A stretch of 60,000 nt of DNA from Botryllus schlosseri. Taxonomy: Eukaryota. Each line of letters begins with the position of its first letter. The stretch's first letter is position 1. The stretch lies in the NCBI GenBank assembly GCA_051294905.1, contig CM119372.1, positions 18,726,001 through 18,786,000 on the forward strand, in the 5' to 3' direction. A program made the translations under genes and the position numbers. Under the pieces are notes generated by a model. The model ran no database searches. It was not told the origin of the DNA and was given only the letters and a program-made list of their open reading frames with translations. This document shows positions 1 through 13,704 of this stretch, piece by piece.

Positions 1-326
1 TCCATATCCATGAGCAGAATACAATTTATACTCTAGTAATCAGTACGGCGGAAGCTTTCCATTGATACCCGTTTTATCAAATTTAGCGCTCGGCAAGCTG
101 GTCAAAAATGGCCGTAAAATTGCCTTTGGACGAATGGAAAGTATGACGTAAACCAAGTGCAGTCAGCCGTTCAATCTCGCTGTGCCCACACCATTTAGGA
201 CACCATACTTTCTCCCCTAATGGGTGGGCTGGACCCATAGAGTAAGAAACCTGCCCTTCACACACGCTCTTCTCGCTTGTAATTCGGTCCTGTTAACACA
301 ACACCATGAACGAAATACACTATTGG

Positions 327-441
327 CAGGCCGTGTTATTTTTGGCATTTGCCAAAAATTGGTTATTTTTGGCATTTTCAAATTTTTATTTTTGGCAGTT
401 TTGGCATCTGGCTCCTGAAATGCCAAAAATAACACGGCCTG
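327..441. mobile_element. 115-bp hAT-like MITE
   Basis: TIRs caggccgtgttatttttggcatt...aatgccaaaaataacacggcctg; 8-bp flanks actattgg (319-326) / actattgc (442-449). Confidence 0.75.
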
Positions 442-696
442 ACTATTGCTGACCAGTCCTTGATCATACACTTTTATTATTCCAATTCAAGTTACACCTC
501 CAATCAATGATTCTTCTATTTGAATTGCTACATGAACACATTACCCTTGAAATCTTATACAGTGTACACAGTGATCCATTTCACATGTTTATTATGGTTT
601 TGTGCTACTGTTGTTACCCATGTAGTTTAAATGTGATGTGCTACTTTTTTCGGAGTGAAACAAATCTCCCATGTGCCTGTCTATGAATTATAATAG

Positions 697-3600
697 GTGA
701 CAAATGTGAAGGAGATGTATGAAAATGAGCTGAGGGAAGCTCGCAATATCCTCGACGATGTGGCCAAAGAAAAGGCCCAACTGCAAATAGAGATTAGCAC
801 GCTGAGAGACCGGGCGGACTCGGAAACGACTAGGTATAATTAGAGTTCATGAATTGTTGGCATGCATTCACGAATTGAGAGAACAATTCAGTTGCGACAT
901 GATATTTATTTTCAATTTTTCAATGAGTCATTACGAATAGAGCCTACTTCTGACAATACGTCTTCAGTGACCTATCGTGATATCGACTTGTATCTTTGAT
1001 TTGTGCTGTGAAGTGTGAGTTTCTGTCACGCACAGGATGTCACTGTTCAATGCTCGTGACATATTTCTGGTAATCAATGTATTGCGCTTGCTGCGTTCAC
1101 GTACCTGCGTAGTAAATGTGCTTATGGTAGTATAACCACTACGCGTACCCTATGCCAACAAAGACCGGCAGTGATCGCTTGTCGTGTTTCTAGTTCTACC
1201 CGCGGGGAGACGAAGATATTATCTTTTTAATGTCGCCAGACCGTAAGGCTCTCGATTCTGCCGGTGACGCGTTGGTATATCTTGTCGCTCTAATTCGCGG
1301 AGGTTTGACGCCGGTTCTGGCATCGCTGGAATAGCGGCAACGCCCAGTCGCCGCTAATAACAGTGGATCTGTTTGCCGACGCCGGTGTTTCACAAAGCTC
1401 GCGAACTGTTATTTCTGCGATCCGCCGATTTAACACGGCGTCACGCTGTGCGTGAGTCGACAGACATTCTAACTGCGACGCGTAACAGCAAAGGGATTTC
1501 GCGTTTTGCGATGATTGCAATTCCACAATATCGCGTTAGCGCGGTTGCGTAATGGGACACAAAACCGTACCGTGCTGCTTCTTAATTGCGTGCCCGTGTC
1601 GGGCTTGCTTATATATTATATATAGATTGGTGGCGCGCGTGTTCGGGGAAACAGTGTCTCGCATTTAAAGTAAATTTAGGCGATCACGCAATGCGTTAGT
1701 GCTAGAACGGGTGCTTATCCTGTTTCTCCCTCTGCTCATGTCACAATCCCGTAATTTGTAGACAGTCGATGTGAATTTGTTAATTACGTACATTGTGTCA
1801 CCAAAGAAACCGACCGGACAAGGGCTGTATTCATGACAGCATGGTGTCGTTTTTAAAAATTAAATTTCCACCTCATCTCTAATAGAAATTAATGCAGTCT
1901 ACTAGGAACCAATGTTCTAAAAAGCTGAGGGTGGGCCTACTTAACGATTTCCAGTGAAATTCGACCGTCGGTAAGTTAGGGCGCAAGTGACACATTTGGC
2001 ATAAGTATGGGTAAGAATCCCAACATAAAATCACCGATTCATTAATTAGCTGGCGTTTGGCGCCAAGCTGTCACGTGCGTGGTCACGGGAATTTCGAATC
2101 AAGAACGCAAGCTAGCCTAACCGTAATCGGTACCGATTACCCTTAACACAAGTATTTGTCTCTTCGTGTTCAGAGCTAACGGGCTCGCACACGATATCTC
2201 AGTGTTGGAGTCGAAATTGAAGGACGCCCAGAAGAAATTACGAGTGAAGGAAGCCCAGGCGGCCAACTCTCTCAAAGAAAGAGATGATGCTGTGGACGCG
2301 CTTGGTAATACCATACCGACGTACTATTATCGTGATTTGGTTATATATTGTATTAGGTGACCGTTCTAAGCTGAAAGTTATCATTCAGATTTGATGAATC
2401 CGGCCGCTGGTCAAAGTAGCAATATCATTCCCTATTATGGTCTTTTCCCAACCAATCTTATTGCCGCACTAAGACTCTCCCCGTTTCTAGCCGCGCTAAA
2501 GTCCAAGTTCAAGGACCTGCAGCAGGAATTGGACTCGAACAAGTGCCTACTGGAAGGCGAGACCGTGCGCCGGGTGGAATTTGAAAACAAAGTGCAGTCC
2601 ATGACCGAAGACATCCAGTTCAAAGAGAAATTGTGGAAGGAGGTAGGCGACGAATTCGGCGAGATTGTGCGCCGTTTGGTTTCTATACGTTGTGGTTCTT
2701 TCCCCGCCCAGGAAATCAGGGAATCCCGCAAAAAGCACGAAATCAGCGTTACCGAGATCGATCAGAAAGTGCAGCGCGACTACGAATACAAATTAGCGCT
2801 GGCCATCGCCGATCTGCGCGAGCAGCAGAACTACGAAATCGAGCAGATGCGCGAAGATTTGGAGACGCAGTATCTCGCGAGGGTGAGCGTTTCGCGCTGG
2901 CGATATGTAATCAAGATTACCAGCGACTTCGGCATTCTGAATTTCGCATTAGAAATGTAGTAACTATTATTATGAAAGCGGTGCATCAATATTGTATTTA
3001 TAAATTTGAAAATGAATGTTTCACTGAATATCAGGCTGAACAGTGATATACGGCACTATATAAGTATGTATTCGAGTTAGGCTAGAATAGGATTAGGGCC
3101 GCCAAGTGCCGAATTCACTGGTAATCATGTATTGAATGGCCGATTGCAATGGACTCACTCTGTCCATTGAAAGCAATTGTCACTTCCTTCAATTATACCG
3201 ATTGTCTTTCGAGTAAAGCGACTTATCGTCACCTCCGCTTGTTCTTATGATGTTTTGTAAGAGGCGGTGATAGCGTCATCGTTGCGTGCCGGTGTGTTTG
3301 CTCGTTAACGGGTTTGTTGTCGACTGTCGTTTGATATGTGACGAAGTTCGTATTCTTAGATCAATACAAGCAAAGGGAACGCCGACACCACCCGCCGGGC
3401 GTTGATGCAAATCCAGGAAGAGTCGAAGGGCTATCGCCTGAAAGTGGACCGTCTGCAATCCGTAGTGAATGCGCTCGAAAAGGAGGTGTGTAGCCAGTAA
3501 ACTGAACAATGAACATTATACAACGCCCATTTCTACCAGGGAGTTATTTTATGAACAAGAGATTCCTCTTACCTCCCACTGCAGGGTCGTTTAATCGTTA

Positions 3601-6600
3601 AAGACATGTAACACCACGCGACGCCCCTAGATAGAAAAATCGTTTCTGTAAAGCAGTGATCAGCTGCAGCGTGATCTGGTAGCCCTTATAGCCCAACAGT
3701 TTTACATGGTTACATTCACATGGCTCGTGCAAATTTCAACATGGCCTGACAATGGGCTGACATCTGAAAAGAGGCGTATCCTGACAGAATTCAAGGGTTT
3801 GGATTTGATTTACCTATTTGTATTGAAGCGGTCACCGAGACTTCATGCTGCGCGTTAATACCTCCGCATCGTCGATATTATTATCATCGCATAGAGCAGG
3901 CCGACCACGATCGCCACTAACGAATGCAGAGGCAGGCCTGCGTGAATTGTGTGATTGTAAACGACTTTCCAAGGACAACTACAGCACGCGCGAGGATAAC
4001 CTCACCCATATTGTTCTGTTGGCAGTCACGCATCGTTCTATCTATTCCTACAAACCGGGATGAAATCAATTTGTCGCCTGAGGAAATTGTTAACATGGTA
4101 TCGTTTGTTGAGTTTCTTTACCAAGTTCTGGAACTCTTCGGGTGTAATATAACGTTGCACAACAAAGCCTACATTGCAATGGCAGGGCCAGCAAGCTACG
4201 TACTCAACTACCTAACAATCGGGAATGCGGCTGGATATTTGTAATCTAAATTAGTAAATGTTAATGTCACTTCCAACAAGTTCTTTTCCGTCGATGATTA
4301 GGAACATAGGAAGACAATGGGGATTTGAAAGCCGCATTGTCATATGGGCGCCGCCATGTTTGCTGATCAATCAACGCATTTTGCAATCCTCAAGGTTTCG
4401 CTATTGGCGCAACGAAGTAGTATACTGGAATTCGTTGTACTTTTTTTTCGACTGATTTCCCGTTAGAGTGAACTCGATTTACCCCGTTAATTTTCTCAGA
4501 ACGGAAAGCTCTCCGCCAGAGTCAAGGATCTGGAAGCTCAGTTGGAAACCGCGGGAGAAATGCGCCGGGCCGCGGTCATGGTCATTGAAGAGGAGAGAAA
4601 CGAGGTACGGGAAGAAATTTGTTTCGGTTGTTTGCCCGGCCTTGTCTTATCCGCGTCCCGGTGACAGCTTCGCGTCCGCGTGGACACACTGGAGGGCGAG
4701 TACTCGGAGCTGCTGAACTTGAAACTGCAATTGGACATGGAGATCAACACCTACAGGAAGCTGCTCGAGGAGGAGGAGTCTAGGTAATGATCGCTGTTTT
4801 CTCGCGCGATTCTGTGACGCGATCCCGGTCTCTCTCGGCAGATGTGGTCAATTACGCGAAGTACTTGTGCGATTTCGAAAATTTATGTCTACAGGTTTTG
4901 CCTATTTGTAATGGTGATTCAACTGGTTATGATTTTAGGCTGCTTCCACTTCTGATTGACAGTTTTCTTTAGGCAAAACAAGACCTTATTGGCTGTCTGT
5001 TGCCATTCGTTGAATGAAACGGCAGCCTGCTGATAAAGATACTACGAATATCATAAGTCATACTATCATCATCGCGAAATGAAAGTCATGCGTATTCAGT
5101 ACGTACAACGAAGAAGCGGATTATGGAATATTGATAGATATATCGCTCTACAAGCGTGCAATTCGTTGATTGTCTGATTTTTTATTGAAGCCACTACCTA
5201 GGAGACGATCGTAACGGTCATTATCGGAAATTTTTGCGCGTAGAAATGTTACGCAGAGTATGCAGTTTTTATAGATAACTAGTTGTCTATATAGCTTGTT
5301 CCTGTCTGATAAATAATGCGGTTAAAAGTATCCTTATGCGCTGCGATCAACCGGTTTCCTTAATCCTGGTTTGTTAAATCCTGATAAACGCGATAATCCA
5401 ACTTTATGATCTCCGCCCTAAATGACTTGGAATTTTCTACTTGTACTTGAGTAGAAGTTAATGACGTTACTTCTACTTGAGAACCAACGATCACTACTAT
5501 CCCGGCGTCCATTAGGCCTTTGTGGTTGCAACGTCATGGCATGTGCTTTAAAGCACATAGATTTATGCGCGTGCTATCGCAATTTTACGATGACGAAGCA
5601 GACATTACAGATGTACAAATTTGATGACCTTTTTCTAATGGCCGTTGTCGAATACGCGTCTGTGGTGACGGCTGAGAGAATGTGAGCGCGCCCCTACTTG
5701 AATTGGCACTGGCCTCTGTACTGTTGCAAAAAATACGTTGGGTCCACGACGATTAGTTTGCCCAATACGCGTCACGTCGAGTTGGGGACGTTACAGCGGT
5801 TGCTAGCACTCTCCTGATTGAAAGTAGCGCTAGCCTAGGTACCGTTGCAATAAGTCGATTGAGTACGCGATGACCGATATGCCGAATACGCGTCACTAGT
5901 TTTAACGTCACAGTGGTTGCTAGCGCGACCCTGCTTGAACTCGGTACTGGCCTATGTGCCTCGATGATTTGACATTCACGGTGGAACGACGTGATGTTTT
6001 TCGCCTGGCGACACTGTCCTGTGATGGCGATCACAGCAATGTAACAATCAAGTCAGCATCGCTAACACGACCGATTGAACAACGCAGCACAATTCCGTGT
6101 ATTTGCTTCTATTAAAGTCTGTCTAACCGTTGAAACCTTTTTATTATCTCGCGTCAGGCTGAACATCACCCCGAGCCAGGCGGCCAGCGACTCGAAAGTC
6201 CGCACCAGGGCGCGCAGAAAGCGCAAGATGGTCAGCCAGGAGCAGCAGGAGGTACACCAGAAGCAGAGGAAGGACGTGCGTATTTTCGGGCATTTTTTTT
6301 CGCGCGCGAGCACTTGTCTGATTCGCGACATTTTATTTGCATGTGCGCAGGACACGACGACGACCATCACCAAGGAAACCGTGACCGTGGAGTCGACCTC
6401 CCGCGAGCACCGCACGATCGAGGTAGGGAGGGAAGATTTATTTCACGAGCAGGTATCTGAACGCCGGGCCTGCTTCAAGCGTTCTGTTCGCGGCGCTTGT
6501 GGTTTTGCGTAGGCGGTTTTCTGTATTGACAATTCGCTTGATTGCCTTCGCGATTCATCGGTTCAATATATTAATTAGTTCATCGTTTCGAAACGCCGCG

Positions 6601-7683
6601 GCATCGCGATAAAATGGAGCGACTTGGAGTAGTCTTCAATATAACACCTCGCCTTAGCGTGAAACATGTCAATATCAGGCATGCACTGAATATACACTAT
6701 GAACGGCAACAGATGATAGCATAGGAATGGCAAGCGATGAAAATGAATTGGCATGTGTCCGTAGGCGAAAATAGTATGTCAGATCGTGACACGGTAATCT
6801 CGAGCGCAAGCTAGTTTTCATTCGGTAGAATCTACCGTATGTGGTAGAGTAGGTAGACAATAGACAATTGGACATGCATCGTAAGTTCGGGGGGTAGTCT
6901 AATCAAAATAATAGCAAGGGACGAAGGACTGCAAATGTTCAACTTTAGCGTCAATCATTTTCGACACGTCACAGCGGATATGCGCTGTTTGTTCATGGCG
7001 TTATTTTGTAAAATTTCGCGCCTCGACTTTCCATGCAGGCTACTGTGTGTGGAGTCTGAAATGGCGCTCCCTTCTATTTGAAATCGCCGGTGACATACCA
7101 TGTGTGCGTCGAAATGCTTAATTCGATTTCCCGTCGCGTTCATGGAGCGGCAGGTACGGCGAGTTGATTGGGCATGCAAACGGGACTCGCGGAATTGGGT
7201 ATCTCTCTACCTATCGGATTTGCCCGGCGTGAAACCAGGATGTGGGCATTGTGCGACAGAAAGCGGCTTGTCGGCGCGTCACACAGTCAATTGAATTTAT
7301 ACGTGAAAATTGGCCAAGACACGCAATATCAAATTCGCGTCGTAGTATGGAACTATCACGGGGTATATTTGCAAAAATCGCTAGTTCTACCTGTAATTGT
7401 GTAGAAATTTACATCGTTATTCGCGCTTCAAAACCTGTAGCAACGCAGACTAGTATGATCGCCTCTGGATATATCCCGATCCCATACCATTGTGGCATTT
7501 GCGAAATGAATTTTCGATCGCGAGCGCTTTCACAATGTGGTAATTCCGAAGACTGCTTTTGAGCACAAGCGGTTTTGTTATAACCGCGGGTCGCGTTTGT
7601 TTTATTTCGTTACTCAACCAAGGGTTGATTTTCCGCAGGGATCGCCGCCTCACGAAGACGAGAAGTCTTGCTCCATCATGTGA
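697..7683 (+). CDS. LMN: Nuclear lamin (B-type-like), 5' exon(s) upstream of window; short tail without Ig-fold
   Basis: GT-AG exons in consistent phase: 697-833, 2174-2304, 2491-2642, 2712-2882, 3360-3485, 4500-4604, 4668-4783, 6158-6275, 6351-6422, 7639-7683. Translation follows the lamin rod: [65 protein letters not shown], and the IF signature [22 protein letters not shown]. Tail has LNITPS (CDK-site position), NLS RRKRK and terminal CaaX CSIM*. Confidence 0.95.
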
Positions 7684-8143
7684 GCCGGGCCGCCGCGGAG
7701 AACACACCACTTATCATGGACCTCTCGATGTATTTCCTTTTAGTGACAGAACGCTGCGCGGGTGCTGGCTTGAACTTTTTACCACCGGCTCGCGCGCTAC
7801 CGGATCATGTTATTTACAGTCCGGCAGCGTTCGTGAATTTTTCGTTGTATATCCCGGACGCGTATCATGTATCAAATGTAACCTTTGCACTGTTGCGTAG
7901 CTCCGTTGTGAAATTCGTTTTCGTTGCATGTGTTGGCGTACGGACGTTGCTGAAAGCGGATACTGCCTGGGTGTGTTTTCAGCCCTGTGTGCTACAGGAA
8001 CAGTTCTGCCGTTGTACTGTATATATATCGTGTCTGCTGTTCGTTGTTATGGATATTCGGGCACTTTTCGGACGCTCTGACAAGCCCTGGTTGCGTTGTC
8101 GTGCTGCTCGTGTATCAAGTTTTTACGAGACTTCCGTCGAGCT

Positions 8144-8149
8144 AATAAA
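8144..8149 (+). promoter_or_regulatory. Probable polyadenylation signal of lamin mRNA
   Basis: AATAAA ~460 nt after the lamin stop codon, following a GT-rich 3'UTR-like stretch. Confidence 0.55.
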
Positions 8150-8475
8150 TTCTCACCATTCCTAGCTTGACGTGAGTGCTATTTTCACTGAAGTCGGATT
8201 ATGCTATGATTTTAAGGCTGTGGCTAGGCATGACATTACACGTTTTTCAAGGGAGTCGAATGGTGTTGGCCGATGCCGACTATATGATGCGAGTATCATG
8301 TCTCCTTGGTAACTCGAATTCCTCTCTGGCAGTAGGCCTGTAGTTTTAGTAGTTACTTTGCTTAAGGTATCACGATTGGGTTTGCTAGGGTATTGCACAA
8401 GTTCAAACTCTGAAAAATGGAGCCCCAGGTAACATTTATTATACTGCTTTGTTGCGGCGATAGCAGATAGCATAT

Positions 8476-8623
8476 ATAAACGCAAGACCTTGGTAGCTTT
8501 CACACTATATTTAACGACCACTTGCGAATGAATATAACTTGATTAAGAAAGTAACAACTAAAGCTATATTCATTCGCACGTGGACGTAAAATGAGTGTGA
8601 AAGCTACCAGGGTCTTACATTTA
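8476..8623. repeat. ~150-bp imperfect palindrome (hairpin MITE remnant)
   Basis: aagaccttggtagctttcacact...tgcgaatgaatata pairs with tatattcattcgca...agtgtgaaagctaccagggtctt. Confidence 0.7.
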
Positions 8624-11602
8624 TTATACTTTGATTAGTGTGTACAAACAACATGTTATGGCATCACGTACAAGACGGCGGTATTTGGTTATCATAGGAT
8701 TCATTTTAAAATTTACAACCGGTGGTGTTGCCTGGACGCCGATGTCTTTCGCAGTGTCGTAGGAGCATATATGATACTGCCCCTGGCTTTCGTTGAAAAT
8801 GCCGCCCTCCGTAAACTGCAGTAAATTTGGAAATAGTTTCATGTTGAAGCACTCTTTTCAATAGAAATAATTACAAATGACGTGCCTCATCTCAGAAGTT
8901 ATTCACATCTGCAAAAGTCTTACTATCTCAGCGTTAAGGTCAATAATAAAAGAGAAAAATGGAGAACAAATCCATTACGCAAAGGAAAGGTCAATAACTG
9001 CCTCAAAATTGAACTTTCGAGCTCTCGCCGAAGTAAAATCAGCGATATCTTCAAAATCAAGTTGAAAAGAATAGATAGAGCTGATTGCCAATCATCATTC
9101 ATGGTAGAACGTAAATACGACTTTATCATTTTGAGCTTTGGGAAACTCCTCTCGCAGTTGAAACACCAATGGTAAGATAATTTTTGAGACAAGCATAAAT
9201 ATGGACAAAATCGTTAAGTCGTTACAATTATTACCTCGTGATTAGCCATCTCTCCATGATGTGTGCACTGTGCAGCCTCATTTTGTCGCCCCTGGCGCAG
9301 AACCACAACCGCCAAGTAGCTGCTACACCAATGGTCCTTCATGGCATGCGGAATTGCTAACTCAATGTTAATTGTGATGTTGGCGAAGGCATGGAGGAGA
9401 AAAAACCGGGGGTGCAGACTAGATGACCTTACTATAAAGGCCGTATCGCATCTCCGTCGTCAAAGCATCTCGATGGTGCAGGCGAAAAAGAATACCATAT
9501 CTCTCTCTCTCTCCGTACCTATCTTAGGACTTGGGGAGATATTGTTCCCTGAAAGTATTGACCACCTAGTGCCAGTTGGTTGATATATTACAAATAGCGG
9601 AGCATAATTATTCGAGTGCTCGAATCTGAATCTAGTATTAATTTTAATAATTCGAGTCGAGTAGTAAAAGTCGATTTTTTCGAGTACTGAAATGATACGC
9701 TCCTCACCACTGAAAGTTAATCAACGAGAATTATAGTTTCGATACTAATTTTCACTGTTGAAACCTTGTTTGGCGATATCGTAACATACGAAACATGTAG
9801 AGTACAAAGCCACGAAGGTTACTGCACGTAGCACATTTTCGAAGTCATGATTATCCCACAACATTGTCACCAAGTGCAATGAAATCGGTGGTCGAAAAAA
9901 ATACCAAAGTATCATTTATGACAGGGGCGGGCAACTTCTCCAGTCGGCGGGCCGGATATATGAAAATTAAGCACTTGGCGGGCCGGATTGTTGAATCGAC
10001 ACATTATTCGACCATTTATCCACATATACAAGGTGTATATCGTATTTAATGAATGTATGTTAACGACAGAAATGTCACTTCAAAGCCATTTCTCGCCCAT
10101 AATGACGAATACAATGTGGATTCGAGAACAGCATTATTGTCATACAGGCGCACACACCCGGTGCAATCACTAATTAAGATTTCAAGGCGTTCGATAAGCC
10201 AGGTACCCCAAATTTACCAAGATATCGTCAATTCATTAGGGCTGAGTAGATGACGAGATAGCGTCGTTGTTCATGTTGAACTATGTGGCCTATTTTATCT
10301 CGATATTGAATCCATGCGGACCACGACTCCTACGACATTTGAAAAGTGTCCCGCGACCCGTTCTGAGTTGGCGACCCCTGACATAAGCGGTGTATTACAA
10401 AAGCCTAGAAGTGTGCCGTGCTACAAGTCGACGGCTACGGTATCAAAAGTAAGAAATATCGGCCTGGTGTAAATGACCATTGTAGTCGACAAACGCCATG
10501 ATTACCACAAACGATATTTGGGTTGAGTACATCGTAAATGCCGATAATGCAAGTCTTTCCGCTTCAACGAACTTACGCGTAATATCCACTATCGCACGCT
10601 ACGCAGTGCGCATACATGTATATAATAAAATAACATACGGTCACTAAAATTTGACGTAGTAAGCAAATAGCGGGGAATCTCGGCAGACTGTATAGCCTCG
10701 GGCCACATTATCATATAAGACGGAAAACTGTCCGCGGGCCGTATGTTGCCCGCCCCTGATTTATGAGATGGATAACACGCATTATATACTTTGTGGTGGC
10801 ATACACGGTGCAGTCGGTACATATTTGAACTTTGACGAATTATGTTTGGTTATGACGTCATAATGAGTGATACTCGACTCGAAGCATATTACGGGATTCA
10901 GAATCGAATCACTCAGGTACTCGATTTTGCCCAGCCCTAATTACAAGCGAATAATAATCCACACAATTTCTAATGATCTGCGGGCTTTTCCGGAATAGTG
11001 ACTTTACTGCGGCGAACTCATAACGGCGACTTTGGATATGTCTCATTGGACAATACCAGGGTTCTTCCCACTGAGCTATATAAACAGCTATTGCCGTCAA
11101 CATTCCCTTCTTTATGCCATCACTAACTTCAAAGGCAAGCGCTCCAAGCCGTTGTGCCTGTTGCCTCTGTTGAGTGATGATGGTTGTGCTGAATGTCCAT
11201 TTCCAATTAATCCAATCAGAAATGGTATGGATATACTGATGTAGGCCTAGTTTGGAACATTTTGAAGTTAGTTTGTCATCCTATGAATGCTGTGCTCAGG
11301 TCTTACGGTATTGGGCCTAAATTCATATATAGGGGAATATTATGCCACAGCCGTTATTACGCGACACCGTTAATATATGTGTTGCAAAAGACGATAGGGC
11401 TTCTAATCCGGCTTCTTTAAAATCGTATATCGACTTAATTAGTAATCTAATCCTAGTTAGTGCAGCCTACTTATTGCTCATCTCTTCTTCAACGTATGGG
11501 GCCTGGGGGTCAATTCAATTGCCTATCACTGGTTGTACCATCGTCATTCTAAGAAACTTTTGTCAACGATTGCGACAGGAGAGTGCCGAAACGACATAAA
11601 AG

Positions 11603-11879
11603 TAGGGTTGCCATACGTCCTCTTTTAAGAGGATTTGTGCTCTTTTTTGACTTTTCTGAAAGTGTCCTCGGAGGACGTCCAAATGTGCTCTTTTTTTGAG
11701 ATTTACTCCTCTCTTTTGAGAATTTAGGTTGAATAAAATTCGACTGAGATACAGTAATTCAGCACTGAAGTAACGCTCCGGCGTTACAATTTTTTCAGGA
11801 TTTTCCTCCGGTATTGCAAGTCTGAAAATTTTGGAAAAGTGTCCTCTTTTCAGATTTCCAAAATATGGTAACCCGCCTT
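11603..11879. mobile_element. hAT-like MITE, TAGGGTTGCCA family (copy 1)
   Basis: Starts tagggttgccatacgtcc, ends near atggtaaccc; cataaaag on both flanks (11595-11602, 11880-11887); homologous in reverse orientation to 15504-15847 and 15891-16366. Confidence 0.75.
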
Positions 11880-12871
11880 CATAAAAGTAAGCGACAAAAT
11901 GAATGCTGCATGTTCCAGTAGGCGAGGTAGATATGGCAAGTCATGGTCCGTAATCTTGAGGGCTGACTATAGTATTGATCCAGTAAAAATTGCTTGTAGG
12001 CTTATTTCGATTTGAATGTGGAGAATTTCCACTTGTCATGCTAGACGACTGTTGGATAGCCGGCGAGATGCTATTTCACACTACAGCAATGTTGTAACAA
12101 AGTCACGAGGTTCCGAGTCAAAAGTCAATCTCACTTTTATAGTTTTGACTCGAGTGAAGTCGAGTAATTTTCAATTCACCGCCGAGTCAAGTCCGAGTTC
12201 AAGCCTGTGAGTAGAGGTTCGAGTCCGATTCATAGTGTTGTGACTCGAGTCCCATTGTCAGAGTCCAAGTCATTGCGTTCACTGTTCAGTTTTGAGTTCA
12301 ATTCAATTCATTGCTACAATTTTCATCATTTCAATACACCTCAAGACTGCGATACAATGAAAGATAAGAAGGTGTCGAAGCGACTTGGAGTAGGCCTAGT
12401 CTTCGAAATCATACACCCACCTGGCCTAGGCAATGTAAAAAAGGATGCATGCACAGTACACCAGAATTGGATCAATTGTAATTTGTAATTGAGCTGAATG
12501 TAATATATTACATTTTTTCATGTAATTGTAATTGAAGCATCTCTATTTTGTGTAATTGTAATTGTAATTGTAATTTGATCAAAATTTTGCTCCATTCCAA
12601 TCTAAATTACATTTTCATGGAAACCTGACAATCACAACATAAAATAATCAATCATTTATTCGTCGCACCAGTGAAAATCCGGTACGAACCAGGATGATGA
12701 CGAGGGGCCTTAAGGCCTTATAGTAAACAGTCACCACATGTAATAATTATAGCCTATTTACATCAGTGTTCTATGCGTGCCGCGTTATAACTAGATAATT
12801 CATTCGCGCTAAACTGCTTCCCATTCTTCAGTAACAACAGAAAACTTTGTGAATTACAATATAGGCTAAAC

Positions 12872-13182
12872 CAGTGGTTCTCAAACTGGGGGCGTGACCC
12901 CTTGGGCGGCGTGAAAGCCTCTGAACGGGGCGCGACGCTCCAGTGAGCTGAAATCTTTTCCACGCTTGACCCGATTCACCTCCGTTTTATGGTTATTGCT
13001 CGATGTATAGTTTGAATTTCGTATTGGAGAATTCTCTCATCAACCGTCATAACCTTCCATACCATCAAACTATATGTAAGGATTGCTAACTTTCTGGTTT
13101 CATTGTGTGCTATGACGATAAGGGGGACACGAAATATTCACTGTCATAAAGGGGGCGTTTCTAAAAAATTAGAGAAACAGTG
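12872..13182. mobile_element. hAT-Charlie-like MITE
   Basis: cagtggttctcaaac...gagaaacagtg; TSD ggctaaac (12864-12871, 13183-13190). Confidence 0.8.
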
Positions 13183-13704
13183 GGCTAAACTAAATCTTAA
13201 TATTTCAAAAATGGATGAACAGCAAATAAACTCTTCTGAAAACCAATGATGATGAAACCTGTGCCGAACCATTTCCTATACCACGGTAAAAGTATTTTTT
13301 TTTAAATATCGAACCAGTACCGAGGCTTGTTGCAACAATAGCATAAAAAAATCATGTTTCCAACCAAGGCTTCATCAAACTTGATCACGCATTTGTAGAG
13401 ATGTTATCCCAATCTTACCTCCAATCTTGGCCAAATTTACTGGGGCCAGAAACTTTTCGCACCCTAATGTTCATCAAATGCAATCTAACAGTTTCCGAGC
13501 AAGTGAAAATGTAAATGCGAACCAAAATATTGTAATTCTTAGTAATCAGGAGGTTCTTTCCTTTTGCATTTATTTTAATTTTACGCACCTTATCGGTATC
13601 ATCCTTATCGCTGACGCCTTAGCCTACCAATTACATTTCATTATCCTGACTCAGCTCTGAGTAGCCTAATCGTTTGATTACATTTCATTAACTGTCCTGT
13701 AGCC

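Noticed and set aside
7559..8165. 113- and 165-aa ORFs after the lamin stop
   Set aside because: They overlap the lamin last exon and 3'UTR, lack recognisable motifs, and use non-ATG starts.
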